From NCBI GenBank assembly GCA_977017645.1, contig OZ360219.1:179552001-179616000 (forward strand): a stretch of 64,000 nucleotides of DNA, read 5' to 3'. Under the pieces are notes generated by a model. That model had not been told where the DNA came from, did not search any database, and saw only the letters and a list, made by a program, of their open reading frames with translations. The position numbers and the translations under genes are program-made. Source of the DNA: Torpedo marmorata (taxonomy: Eukaryota). Below are positions 21,806 to 33,915 of this stretch, piece by piece (the stretch's first letter is position 1; the number at the start of each line of letters is the position of its first letter).

Positions 21806-24510
21806 TGCACTTATCAATAACCACCTTAGCTATTTTCCCAGATGTATCATTAGAATATCCATTGTGCTGGTCTCTGCTCTTCTCAAAACACAGCACAGGG
21901 TCAAAAATGATATCTGCTGTGACTAACAGTAACTTTGGTTCTTACAATTCTGATCTCTTCCTCCAGAGTGCAAATACATCAGGCTTCCCTCATTTACTCC
22001 ACTCCATTCATCTTTGAAAACCTTTCCAAAACATATTAATCTAACCCTCTATATCCAATTCTGTGTTCTCATTGTGAGGTACCGTGAAGTCCCTTCTGAA
22101 TTCAAGGCACCACATTGGTGTTCTTATCAAAGAGGATTTCTGTTCCCTTGAGACTTTCTGAAGTTTGCACTTTATGGAACTCCAACTGTAGCCTGTGGCA
22201 ACATAAATTCTAGATGGAGAAGTGAACCCCTGTCTCAGAATCCCATCAGTACCATTGACTACTGACCAATCAGAAATACAGAAATTGATCAGGAACTTCA
22301 GCTTCACTCTGGTTTCTCTTCTGAAAGTTGAACACCGTTACCAGATATTATCAACCCAAAACATATTTTCTCTCTGCAGCTGTTGCATGTCCTGCTGAGT
22401 ATTTTCTGTTTTTATTTTGGATTTTTGGCATCTACAGTTTTTTTGTCAGTTTTTATGTCAGTTAATGGTAAAAGGAAAGCGAGGGACAAAATTGGTCCCT
22501 TAGAGAATCAGAGCGGAAAACTGTGTGTGGAGCCTAGAGAAATGGGGGAGATATTGAACAGTTTCTTTTCTTTGGTATTCACCAAGGAGAAGGATATTGA
22601 GATATGCGAGATAAAAAGAGCAAATTGGGTAAATATGGAGAATATAGGGATTACGAAAGATGTAGTGTTAGGGCTTTTGAGGCATATAAAGGTGGATAAG
22701 TCTCCGGGACCCGACGGGATCTTCCCCAGGACCTTGAGAGAAGTAAGTGAAGAACTAGCAGAGGCTCTGACGGTGATTTTCCAAATGTCATTAGAGATGG
22801 GGATAGTGCTGGAGGATTGGCGTATTGCGCATGTGGTTCCGTTATTTAAAAAGGGTTCAAGGAGAAAGCCTGGCAATTATCGGCCTGTAAGTTTGACGTC
22901 TGTGGTAGGTAAATTAATGGAGAAAGTTCTCAGTGATAGTACTTATAAATATCTGGATAGACAGGGTCTGATCAGGAACTCTCAACACGGAGTTGTGAGC
23001 GAAAGGTCCTGTTTGACCAATCTGATTGAATTTTTTGAAGAGGTGACTAGGAATGTGGATGAGGGTAGCACAGTGGATGTTGTCTATATGGACTTCAGTA
23101 AGGCCTTCGATAAGGTTCCGCATGGAAGGTTAGTTAGGAAGGAGCAGTCTTTAGGTATAAATTCTGAGATAGTCAAATGGATTGAACATTGGCTGGAAGG
23201 GAGAGGCCAGAGAGTGGTAGTGGATAATTGTCTGTCAGGTTGGAGCCGGTGACCAGCGGTGTGCCTCAGGGATCTGTATTGGGCCCATTGTTGTTCGTTA
23301 TATATATCAATGATCTAGATGATGGGGTGGTAAACTGGATTAGTAAATATGCAGATGATACTAAGATAGGTGGAATAGTGGATAATGAAGAAGGTTTTCA
23401 AGGATTGCAGAGGGATTTGGGCTGCTTAGAAAAGTGGGCTGAAAAATGGCAGATGGAGTTTAATGCTGATAAGTGTGAGGTGCTTCATTTTGGTAAGAAG
23501 AATCAGAACAGGACATATGTAGTAAATGGGAGAGCATTGATGAATACAGAAGAGCAGAAAGATTTAGGAATAACGGTGCATCGTTCCCTGAAGGTGGAAA
23601 CTCATGTCAATAGGGTGGTGAAGACCACCAGACACATTTTTCCTTCTCCTCCCCTCTCGGCCTTCCGTAGGGACCGCTCCCTCCGTGATTCACTCGTGCA
23701 CTCGTCCCTCCCCACCCATCGCACCCCCGGAACCTTCCCCTGTGCCCGCAGGAGGTGCAACACCTGCGCCCACACCTCCCCCCTCACCACGGTCCAGGGC
23801 CCCAAACAGGCCTTCCAAGTGAAACTACACTTCACTTGTACATCCAGAGGACTTATTTACTGCATCCGGTGCTCCCTTTGTGGCTTTCTATACATTGGAG
23901 AGACCAGTCGTAGATTGGGAGACCGCTTTGCTGAGCACCTCCTCTCCGTCCGCAACAACAGCGACCTCCCAGTAGCCAACCATTTCAATTCTGGGTCACA
24001 CTCCCACACTCACATGTCTGTCCATGGCCTCATGTACTATCCCACCCAGACTACCCGCAAATTGGAGGAACAACATCTCATATTCCGTCTCGGCACTCTC
24101 CAGCCAGATGGAATTAACATTGACTTTTCTGCTTTCCACTAAACCTGCTTGTTGTTCCCTTCCCCTCCCCCTCACCTGTCCTTCCTGTTTTTTTCCACCC
24201 AACCAGCCATCCCTCCTCCCCCTCTTTGCTGCTGTCCCCTCCCTCCTTTCTCCACCTATTATCTCCTGCCTTTCCCACCCCCCTTCCCCCCTCACTCCTT
24301 TGTTCGGACGTCTGCCGGCATTTTCTCATACTTTGAAGAAGGGCTCAAGCCTGAAACGTCGGTTATGTATTTCTACCTTTGCTACATAAAAGACACTGTT
24401 TGACCTGCTGAGTTCTCCAGCTTTTGTGTTTTTTACTTCAACCACGGTGTCTACAGATTTTCGTGTTTACTTTTGAATTCTACAACAACTCTGTGAAAAC
24501 TCTTTGAGGG

Positions 24511-27500
24511 ATGCCTACCCTGAAGAAGTTCGCCTTTGCTCTCCGAAGGGAGTTCTGTGGGATTCTCTCTCACTGCTCCCCATCTGCAACCCCTGCTGCT
24601 CTCAAGCTCTACGACCATGTACTCACCCAGACTCGATTCCACAGCCACGTTGCCTTCCTTGCTACTTGCCTCCGCCGTCATCTTGTGCCTCGTGGTTTCC
24701 AGCTTCGATTCCAGGCCTCGCAGTTTGGCCCCCGCAAAGATCTCAGGTACCTCCACAGCATCGACTGCTGCTCTCTCCGCTTCTCCCAAAGAATCCTCCG
24801 CACCACCCTCACCTCGATGCGGAGATACCAGCGGCAACTCGCCCTCTCCCTGCCACAGCTCCAGACCTCGCTAGCCATGGCCTGCAGCGGACCCCTCCTA
24901 TACTACATCCGCCGCCGGATCCACGCGTTCAACCGCCGGCTCTACACCTACCTGGCGTCCATCAAGAACCGTAAGCTTGCCTCCCTTGAAACTGCAGCCG
25001 CTGCGACCCTCCACGTGGATCCCCATCTCGGCCCCGGCCGCCTGCTCTCCGGAGCTCCCAACGCCGCATCCGCCGACCCAATCCCTGGTCCCAGCCTCCG
25101 ACTCACCGGAGCTCCCCACGCCGCAGCCGCCGACCCGAACCTGGACCCCGGCCGCGACTTACCCGAGCTTCCAACGCGACGGCTGCCGACCCGACCCTGG
25201 ACCCCAGCCACCGACTCAACGGAGCTCCCAACGCCGCAGCCGCCGACCCGATCCCTGGTCCCGGCAGCCGACTCACCGGAGCTCCCAACGCGATGGCTGC
25301 CGACCCGACCCTGGGCGCCGGACGCCGACTCACCGAAGCTCCCAACGCCGCAGCCGCCTGCTCCTACCCGCAACCCGGGCACCGACACGACGGTACTCCC
25401 GACGCTACGGCCGCCAACCCCAGCCCGGACCCCGAGCCTCTACTCACCAGAGTTCCCAATGCCTCCACCGCCGACTCCCGACACAGACTGTTACCTGCTG
25501 GAGCCTCCCACGCTGACTGCCACTGGAGTCCTCATCTCGCAACAAGATCCCACTTACCTATCCCCCTCACTACTCCTTCCTTCTCCTCCCACACCTCTCC
25601 CTACTCCACCCCCATCTCCCCCTCTCTGCCCCACTCTCCTCCCCAACCCTCAGACCTCATCCCTTCCCTTCCCTCCATCCCCCCCCTCTCTCTGGCTACC
25701 CTCCCTACCCCCCTCTCCCACCCTCCCACCTCCCCTACCCCCCACCTCCCCCCTCCGACCCCCCCTCCCCCTCCCTCCAACCTCCCCCACCCTCCACATC
25801 CCCCCTCTGACCTCCCCAACTCTCCCCCTCCCCCCAACACCCTCCACAACACCGATCCCCACTCTAACCCCTGCTTGGTTTTTACCATCCCCTCCGACCT
25901 TCCCCTCTCTGAGACGGAGCGCTCCGTCCTCAGTAGAGGCCTCACCTTCGTCCCCCTCCGCCCACACCTCAACGAATTCCGCGCACGCCATGATGCCGAA
26001 CTCTTCCTCCGTCGCCTCCGCCTCCGTGCTCACTTCCATGACCGTGATTCTCCACCCCCCCACCCAAGACCCTTTCTCCAGCTTCAAGCCTTCTTCCTCT
26101 TCCTGGACACCCTGCCCTGGCCAGCTGCCCGCTCTGGACCTTTTTATTTCCAACTGCCGCCGAGACATCAACCGTCTCAACTTCACCACCCCCCTCTCGT
26201 ATTCCAACCTCACCTCCTCAGAACGCTCTGCCCTCCACTCTCTCCGCAACAATCCCAACCTCACCATCAAACCTGCAGACAAGGGCGGTGCGGTTGTGGT
26301 CTGGCGCACTGACCTCTACCTTGCCGAGGTCAGTCGACAACTCTCAGACACCTCCTCCTACCGACCCCTCCCACAGGACCCCACCACAGCACATCAAGCC
26401 ACTGTCTCCAACACCATCTCCGACCTCATCACCTACGGTCACCTCCCCTCCACGGCCACCAACCTCATTCTCCCCCACCCCCGCACTGCCCGTTTCTACC
26501 TTCTACCCAAGATACACAAACCCAACCATCCGGGCAGACCCATTGTTTCTGCCTGCTCCTGCCCCACCGAACTAGTTTCATCTTACCTTGACTCCATCTT
26601 TTCTCCCCTGGTCCAATCCCTCCCCACCTACATCCGCGACACCTCACATGCCCTCCATCTCCTCGATGACTTCAGATTCCCTGAACCGGACCGCATCATC
26701 TTCACCATGGATGTCCAATCCCTTTATACCTCTATCCCCCACACAGAAGGTCTGAAAGCACTTCGCTTCTTCCTGGACCAAAGACCCGACCAGTCACCCT
26801 CTACCACCACTCTCCTCCGCCTGGCAGAACTTGTCCTTACTCTCAATAACTCCTCCTTCAACTCATCCCACTTCCTCCAAATCAAAGGAGTAGCCATGGG
26901 TACCCGCATGGGTCCCAGCTACGCCTGCCTGTTTGTGGGCTTTGTGGAGCAATCCATGCTGCAAGCCTACACAGGCAAGACCCCTCATCTCTTCCTTCGG
27001 TATATCGACGACTACATCGGGGCTGCCTCATGCACCCACGATGAGCTTGTCAACTTCATCCACTTCGCATCCAACTTTCACCACGATCTCAAACTCACCT
27101 GGTCCATCTCCGATAACACTCTCCCCTTCCTGGATCTCTCTGTCTCCATCTCGGGAGACAAGCTTTCCACCGACATTTACTACAAACCCTCCAACTCCCA
27201 CAACTATCTGGACTACACATCCTCACACCCTGTCCCCTGCAAGGACTCCATCCCCTTCTCTCAATTTCTCTGCCTCCGCCGCATCTGTTCCCAAGATGAG
27301 GTGTTCCACTCCAGATCTTCTGAAATGTCTGCCTTTTTCCACAAACGTGGCTTCCCCTCCACCACCATCAACTCAGCCCTCACCCGCATCTCCTCCATTT
27401 CCCGCTCATCTGCCCTGGCCCCCTCTGCCCCCAGACGCAACAAACATAGAATACCCCTCATCCACACCTACCACCCCACCAGCCTCCGCATCCAACACAT

Positions 27501-28056
27501 TATCCGCCGGAATTTCCGGCACTTGCTGCAGGATCCCACCACCAGACACATTTTTCCTTCTCCTCCCCTCTCGGCCTTCCGTAGGGACCGCTCCCTCCGT
27601 GATTCACTCGTGCACTCGTCCCTCCCCACCCATCGCACCCCCGGAACCTTCCCCTGTGCCCGCAGGAGGTGCAACACCTGCGCCCACACCTCCCCCCTCA
27701 CCACGGTCCAGGGCCCCAAACAGGCCTTTCAAGTGAAACTACACTTCACTTGTACATCCAGAGGACTTATTTACTGCATCCGGTGCTCCCTTTGTGGCTT
27801 TCTATACATTGGAGAGACTGGTCGTAGATTGGGAGACCGCTTTGCTGAGCACCTCCTCTCCGTCCGCAACAACAGCGACCTCCCAGTAGCCAACCATTTC
27901 AATTCTGGGTCACACTCCCACACTCACATGTCTGTCCATGGCCTCATGTACTATCCCACCCAGACTACCCGCAAATTGGAGGAACAACATCTCATATTCC
28001 GTCTCGGCACTCTCCAGCCAGATGGAATTAACATTGACTTTTCTGCTTTCCACTAA
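24511..28056 (+). CDS. Penelope RT and GIY-YIG endonuclease polyprotein (1181 aa; about 25160-26060 is read in a shifted frame)
   Basis: KPADKGG, LPKIHK...GRPIVS, TMDVQSLYT, GVAMG, RYIDD, LPFLD, CARRRCNTC linker, LIYCIRC...YIGETGR...RFAEH. Confidence 0.9.
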   Translation: MPTLKKFAFALRREFCGILSHCSPSATPAALKLYDHVLTQTRFHSHVAFLATCLRRHLVPRGFQLRFQASQFGPRKDLRYLHSIDCCSLRFSQRILRTTLTSMRRYQRQLALSLPQLQTSLAMACSGPLLYYIRRRIHAFNRRLYTYLASIKNRKLASLETAAAATLHVDPHLGPGRLLSGAPNAASADPIPGPSLRLTGAPHAAAADPNLDPGRDLPELPTRRLPTRPWTPATDSTELPTPQPPTRSLVPAADSPELPTRWLPTRPWAPDADSPKLPTPQPPAPTRNPGTDTTVLPTLRPPTPARTPSLYSPEFPMPPPPTPDTDCYLLEPPTLTATGVLISQQDPTYLSPSLLLPSPPTPLPTPPPSPPLCPTLLPNPQTSSLPFPPSPPSLWLPSLPPSPTLPPPLPPTSPLRPPLPLPPTSPTLHIPPLTSPTLPLPPTPSTTPIPTLTPAWFLPSPPTFPSLRRSAPSSVEASPSSPSAHTSTNSAHAMMPNSSSVASASVLTSMTVILHPPTQDPFSSFKPSSSSWTPCPGQLPALDLFISNCRRDINRLNFTTPLSYSNLTSSERSALHSLRNNPNLTIKPADKGGAVVVWRTDLYLAEVSRQLSDTSSYRPLPQDPTTAHQATVSNTISDLITYGHLPSTATNLILPHPRTARFYLLPKIHKPNHPGRPIVSACSCPTELVSSYLDSIFSPLVQSLPTYIRDTSHALHLLDDFRFPEPDRIIFTMDVQSLYTSIPHTEGLKALRFFLDQRPDQSPSTTTLLRLAELVLTLNNSSFNSSHFLQIKGVAMGTRMGPSYACLFVGFVEQSMLQAYTGKTPHLFLRYIDDYIGAASCTHDELVNFIHFASNFHHDLKLTWSISDNTLPFLDLSVSISGDKLSTDIYYKPSNSHNYLDYTSSHPVPCKDSIPFSQFLCLRRICSQDEVFHSRSSEMSAFFHKRGFPSTTINSALTRISSISRSSALAPSAPRRNKHRIPLIHTYHPTSLRIQHIIRRNFRHLLQDPTTRHIFPSPPLSAFRRDRSLRDSLVHSSLPTHRTPGTFPCARRRCNTCAHTSPLTTVQGPKQAFQVKLHFTCTSRGLIYCIRCSLCGFLYIGETGRRLGDRFAEHLLSVRNNSDLPVANHFNSGSHSHTHMSVHGLMYYPTQTTRKLEEQHLIFRLGTLQPDGINIDFSAFH
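25051..25500 (+). repeat. 57-bp GC-rich coding tandem repeat (about 8 decaying units) in the Penelope N-terminal region
   Basis: Anchors at 25051, 25108, 25164, 25221, 25278, 25335; the second unit is 56 bp. Confidence 0.85.
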
Positions 28057-29889
28057 ACCTGCTTGTTGTTCCCTTCCCCTCCCCCTCACCTGTCCTTCCT
28101 GTTTTTTTCCACTCAACCAGCCATCCCTCCTCCCCCTCTTTGCTGCTATCCCCTCCCTCCTTTCTCCACCTATTATCTCCTGCCTTTCCCACCCCCCTTC
28201 CCCCCTCACTCCTTTGTTCGGACGTCTGCCGGCATTTTCTCATACTTTGAAGAAGGGCTCAAGCCTGAAACGTCGGTTATGTATTTCTACCTTTGCTACA
28301 TAAAAGACACTGTTTGACCTGCTGAGTTTTCCAGCTTTTGTGTTTTTTACTTCAACGACGGTGTCTACAGATTTTCGTGTTTACTTTTAGTATGCTGGCC
28401 TTTATTAATCATTGCATAGAATATAGGAGTTGGGAAGTGATGTTGAGATTATATAAGGCTTTGGTGCGGCCTAATTTAGAGTTCTGTGTGCAGTTCTGGT
28501 CGCCAAATTATAGGAAGGATATCAACAGAGTGGAGAGAGTGCAGAGAAGGTTTACCAGAATGTTACCTGGGTTTAAGAATCTAGAGTACAAGGAGAGATT
28601 GAGCATATTAGGTCTTTATTCTTTGGAGCGTAGAAGGTTGAGAGGGGATTTGATAGAGGTATTTAAAATTATGAAAGGGATAGACAGAGTGGATGTGGAT
28701 AGACTATTTCCATTAAGAATAGGAGAGATTGAAACAAGAGGACATGAGCTAAGAGTTAAGGAGCAGAGGTTTAGAGGTAACATGAGGGGGAACTTCTTTA
28801 CTCAGAGAGTGGTAGCGGTGTGGAATGAGCTTCCGGGAGAAGTAGTGGCGGCAGAGTCAATTTTATTATTTAAGAAAAAGTTGGACAAGTATATGGATGA
28901 GAAGGAAGTGGAGGGTTATGGGCAGGGTGCAGGTAGGTGGGACTAGATAGGAATGTTTGGTTCGGTGCGGACTGGAAGGGCCTAATGGCCTGTTTCCGTG
29001 CTGTAATTGTTATATGGTTATATGGTTATTGTGTTGCACATGTCCTCATGGACAATTCTGCTTCGCTGAAACAGCCCAAATGATCTTGTTACCTACAACC
29101 AGACAATTTGTGAAAGGTAACTTTTCTCAGGACCAAAACCTTGTGTATACATCAATGTTATCACAAGTTTAGCTGCATATGGTGAATCTTGGAAGGTAAA
29201 TTCAACTCCAGGAGCTATCAGCACCCATCCTTATTCGATCTTCAGTCAGTGGCCACATGATAGGTTAATTTGAAAACCTTGGTCCATTTTCATCTTCCTA
29301 ATCCAGGATACTGACACCACTACTATAATCCAAGGCAAAATAATGACACAGAATGTGGGATGTTTGTGGCCTGTGCATTTCAATTGCACTACTTTGCGTC
29401 AAGAATTTGATTCTCAAAGGAGCATAAATGGTGATAAAAGTCAGCTTCTGATCTCATGTGACATTTTAATATTCTCATTTGAACTGCAGTAGCAGTGTTT
29501 AAAATCTTCTTTGAAGAAACTTGCAGTGGTTCTACAGTTATTCAGTATTACAGGCTAAGGACAAGGAACAGCAGCATCAACAAAGGAAGATGCACAGAAC
29601 ACAAAGATCCCAAGATCTAAAACTGGCAAATGTGAGATGGGATAGACGGTGGGGGGGACAAGTGGAAGAGTTTGCAGAAGCCCTTGGCCCAGTACTGTGT
29701 CTTTAATTGTAATACGACATGGTTATTCCACACTGAAACACAAGTAATGCCATGGAAGTTACAATCTATTACTGCAGAATATGCATGACGGCTATCTGAT
29801 TTCTTGTAATCCTCTTCCTAATGATCTCCAAGTAGCAGAGCCAAAAAGGCTGGTGGGTTGTTTGCAACAATTTGACGGCATTCATTAAG

Positions 29890-30290
29890 GTTAGGGTTAG
29901 ATCAATGATCTCACATCTGTGTCAAAAGGTTGTGGGTTCAAATCCTTTGCCAGGAATGTTGAGCACAAAAGTTTAGGCTGATGCTGCAGCACAGTATGGA
30001 AGTAGATTGGACTTTTCAGAGGTACTGTTTGGGAAGTGCGATTGGAGGTGTTCACTTTGCATGAAACGTTACATTAAGGCCCGAACTGCTTCATTTAAAT
30101 GCTCCCAGAACACCATTCACCTATTCCTGGTGTCCTGGTCAATTTTTGTTCCTAGTAAAATAAAAACAGGTTAATTGGCCATTATCATATTGCTAGATGT
30201 GGGAGGTTTCAGTGCAGAAATTGGCTTCCAAATTTCCCAGCATACAAAAACAATTTCTCTTTGAATTGTCTTTCTTGGTTGTCTATAAAC
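29890..30290 (+). mobile_element. SacSINE1/DeuSINE-like ancient SINE
   Basis: ggttgtgggttcaaatcc (B box), ttgagcacaaaa..taggctga, ggtgtcctggtcaat, ggccattatcatattgct, tgtgggag ... aaattggct resemble the Deu domain as recalled. Confidence 0.7.
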
Positions 30291-30477
30291 TGCTTTTTAC
30301 TGAAATCTGAAATAACAATAGAACACACCAAAATACTGATCGCATCAGACTGCACCTGTGGAGTGGGAAGCAGCTAATGTTTAATTGGTTGTAAATCAAT
30401 TTTGCAACCAGTAAGAACTGGAGCATCTTGAGCCTGTGAAAGACAGAATACAAAGCAAATCTTTATTATAATTTCTA

Positions 30478-31100
30478 TGGTCTCCTCTACATCGGAGAGA
30501 CTGGACGCAGACTGGGAGATCGCTTTGTTGAGCACCTCAGCTTTGTCCGCCGCAATAGCGTGGATCTCCCAGTGGCCACCCATTGCAATTCCCCATCCCA
30601 TTCCCTTGCTGACTATGGTCTCATGTACTGCCAGACTGAGACCACCCGTAAATTGGAGGAACAACACCTCATCTTCCGACTGGGCACCCTCCAACCCGAT
30701 GGCATTAATATCGACTTCGCTGGCTTTCGTTAAAACACCAACCCCCCACCCCCCCCATCACTTCTTTCCCCGTCACCTTCCCCCAGCTTTGCCTCCCTCC
30801 CTTTTCCCTGTCTCCTTTCACACAGACAAAATCAATTCTCACCTCTCCCCTTTCATATCCAATTAACAACTTTTGTTGGTCTGGACTCCTCCCCCAGCCA
30901 GAACTGTCTCTTTTCTGACATTTCCTGTTTTTTGCTTATTCTGCTTATTCTTTGCTTATTCCTTGAAGAAGGGCTCAGGCCCGAATCATCGACAATATAT
31001 CTTTGTCTCCTATGGACGCTGAAAGACCAGCTGAGTTCCTCCAGCATTTTGGTGTGTTTTTACTACAATCACAGCATCTGCAGACTTTCGTGTTTCACTC
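30478..31100 (+). mobile_element. Penelope 3' fragment of a related subfamily
   Basis: YIGETGRRLGDRFVEHL ... RKLEEQHLIFRLGTLQPDGINIDF, then pLTR with ttgaagaagggctcaggcccgaa. Confidence 0.88.
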
Positions 31101-31261
31101 TTTGTTATTATTATTCAGGCTCCAGCTTGGTTGTGGTGAACTACCTTAACATAAACTTCTCCAGGAACACCAAAAGATGTGTTTGCACCATTGAAACATC
31201 ACTTTTTTTCACTAACTACAACTGCAAATATCTATTTATCTATATTTTTATATTTGTAGTG

Positions 31262-32870
31262 CATCATGGAAACAGGAAACAGGCCCTTGGCCCAACTTGT
31301 TCACGCCAACCAAAATCTCCACCTGCCTGTGTTTGGCCCATTAGCCTCTAAACGTATCCTATCCATGTATCTGTCCAATTTTTTCTTAAACATTGCAATA
31401 GTACCTGCCTCAACCACCTCCTCTGGCAGCCCGTTCCATACAAACACCACCCTCAGGTTCCTGTTAAATCTCTCACCCCCTCACTTTAAATCTATGTCCT
31501 CTGGTTATTGATTCCCCTACTTTGGGAAAAAGACTGTGTGTTCACCAAATCTGTTCCTCTCATAATTTTGTATACCTCTATGAGATCACCCTTCATCTTC
31601 CTGCGCTCCAAGGAATAAAGTCCTCATCTTCTCGATCTCACCCTATAGTTCTGGCCCCTGAGTCTTGGCAACATCCTTGTAAATCTTCTCTGCACCCTCT
31701 GCAGCTTGTCATCATCTTTCCTGCAGCATGGTGACCAAAACTGAGCACGATACTCCAAATGGGGCCTCACCAATGTCTTACACAACAGTAGCATGACCTC
31801 CCAACTTCCATACTCAATACTCTAACTGATGAAAGCCAATGTGCCTTTTGACAACCTTACCTACTTGTGATGCCACCTTCAAGGTACTTTGAACCTGCAC
31901 TCCTAGATCCATCTGCTCTACAACACTCCCCAGATCCCTACAACTGTGTAGGTCCTACCCATGTTAGACCTTCCAAAATGTAACACCTCATACTTCTCTG
32001 TATTAACTTCCATCAGCCATTCCTCTGCCTGCCTGCCCAACCGTTCAAGATCCTGCTGCAATTTGTCTTCACTATCTACAATTCCTAATATTTCAGCGTC
32101 AACTACCAGCTTGCTAGTCGTGCCATGTACGTTTTCATCTAAATCATTAATTTTGATGAAAAACAGCAATGGGCCCAGCACTGAATGCACGCCGCAAAAT
32201 CACAGGCCACCAGTCTGATCAACAACCTTCCACCATCACCCTCTGCTTTCTTTCATATAGCAATTTTCAGTCGAATCTGCTATCACCTTGGACCTAACCT
32301 TCCAGAGCAGCCTACCATGTGGAAACGTATTGAATGCCTTGTTGAAATCAATATACACAACAACCACAGCTCTGCCCTCATCAACCTTCTTGGTCACATG
32401 TTCAAAAAACTCAATCAGATTTGTGAAACATGACATCCCACTAACAAAGTAAAAACACAATGCTGGAGAAACTCAGCTGGTTGAACAGTGAGTTATGTAG
32501 CAAAGATAAAGATACATAACCAATGTTTCTCCAGCATTGTGTTTTTACTTCAACCACGGTGTCTGCAGTCTTTCGTGTTTTACTTCCTTCCCACTAACAA
32601 AACCATGCTGACTATCCCTAATCAGCATTTGTCCATTTAAGTGCATGTATATCTTCATATCTTCTCTCTCAGAATACTCACTAGTAACTTAACAACCACA
32701 TATGTCAGGTTCAGTGGCCTGTAGTTTCTAGGCTTTTCCCTGCAGCCCTTCTTGAATAGAGGCACAACAATTGCCACCCTCCATTCATCACCTGTACTTA
32801 ATGACGACTCAGAAATCTCAGGCAGGGTGCCTGCAATTTCCTCTCTAGCTTCCCACAGTGTCTTCAGATA
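31262..32870 (-). mobile_element. Decayed CR1 LINE
   Basis: ORFs 32655-32915 (VPLFKKG..NYRP), 32236-32460 (TNLIEFFE..DFNKAF), 31918-32190 (SVLGPLLF..LQQDL) and CR1 3' UTR. Confidence 0.88.
32448..32588 (+). mobile_element. Minimal (about 140 bp) hairpin-shaped Penelope insertion inside CR1
   Basis: Inverted arms agtaaaaacacaatgctggagaaac / gtttctccagcattgtgtttttact plus pLTR tail; TSD TCCCACTAACAA(A) at 32436 and 32589. Confidence 0.88.
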
Positions 32871-32875
32871 TATTG

Positions 32876-33915
32876 AAAGTTCAAAGTTCAGATCTAGTGT
32901 CAAGAGTAAATACATGACATCACATACAACCCTGAGATTCTTTTTCCTGCGGGCAAGGAAGAATTACCACTTATTGGTAGTGCAAAAAAAACTGTACACA
33001 ACGTACACATGTAAACAAATAAAGGACTGTAAACAGATAATGAATATAAACAAACTACAATACAGAGAGAATTTAAAAAATCAATAAAGTGCAAAAGTAA
33101 GAGTCCTTAAAAAAGTCCCTGATTAAGTTTGTTGTAGAGGAGTCTGATGGTGGAGGGGTAGCAGCTGTTTCTGAACCTGGTGGTGCAAGTCTTGTGGTAC
33201 CTATACCTCTTTCCTGATGGTAGCAGCGAGAACAGAGGGTGTGCTGGGTGGTGTGGATCCTTGATGATTGCTACTGCTCTCCGATGGCAGCGTTCCCTGT
33301 AGATGTTCTCGATGGTGGGGAGGGTTTTGCCTGTAATGTCCTCGGCTGTGTCCACTACATTTTGCAGGGCTTTATGCTCAGGGGTATTGGTGTCCCCATA
33401 CCAGACCGTGATGCAGCCGGTCAACACACTCTCCACCACACATCTGTAGAAATTTGCCAGGATTTCTGATGTCATACCAAACCTCTGTAAACTCCTGAGG
33501 AAGTAGAGGTGCAGACATGCTTTCTTCATGATGCCATTAGTGTGTTGGGCCCAGGAAAGATCCTCCGAGATAGTGACTTCCAAGAATTTAAATTTGCCCA
33601 CCATCTCCACCTCTGATCCCCCAATGATCACTGGATCGTTCACCTCTGGTTTTCCCTTCCTGAAGTCAACAATCAGCTCCTTGGTTTTAGTTACATTGAG
33701 TGCAAGGTTGTTGTTGGTGCACCATTCAGCCAAGTTTTTAATCTCCCTCCTGTTTGCTGACTCATCACCTTTTTGTATACAACCTACTACCGTGGTATCA
33801 TCGGCAAATTTGTAGATGGTGTCATTGTCGTACTGAGTCACAGAGTCGTAGGTGTAAAATGAGTAGAGCAGGGGGCTAAGAATGCAGCCCTGTGGTGCTC
33901 TGGTACTGATGGATA
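32876..33915 (-). mobile_element. Rex1/Babar LINE 3' portion
   Basis: APQGCILSPLLYS, FADD, NVTKTKELIVDFR, LLPSGKRY in ORF 33107-33970. Confidence 0.9.

Larger units (their letters stand above)
23624..28388 (+). mobile_element. Near full-length Penelope-like element (Neptune-type), partial-tandem structure with 5' repeat 23624-24473 and matching 3' end 27538-28388
   Basis: About 850-bp near-identical direct repeats flank one long ORF; no TSD, a few CR1 target bases appear deleted. Confidence 0.95.
22465..29030 (+). mobile_element. 5'-truncated CR1 LINE (RT region and 3' end) split by the Penelope insertion at 23624-28388
   Basis: KSPGPDGI, NYRPVSLTS, DFSKAFD, GVPQGSVLGP, YADD; resumes SMLAFI...RRRLRGDLIEVFK...GNFFTQRVV; frameshift near 23245. 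Confidence 0.93.

Noticed and set aside
25530-25870. Extensin or formin-like proline-rich gene
   Set aside because: It is the C-rich low-complexity linker of the Penelope ORF.
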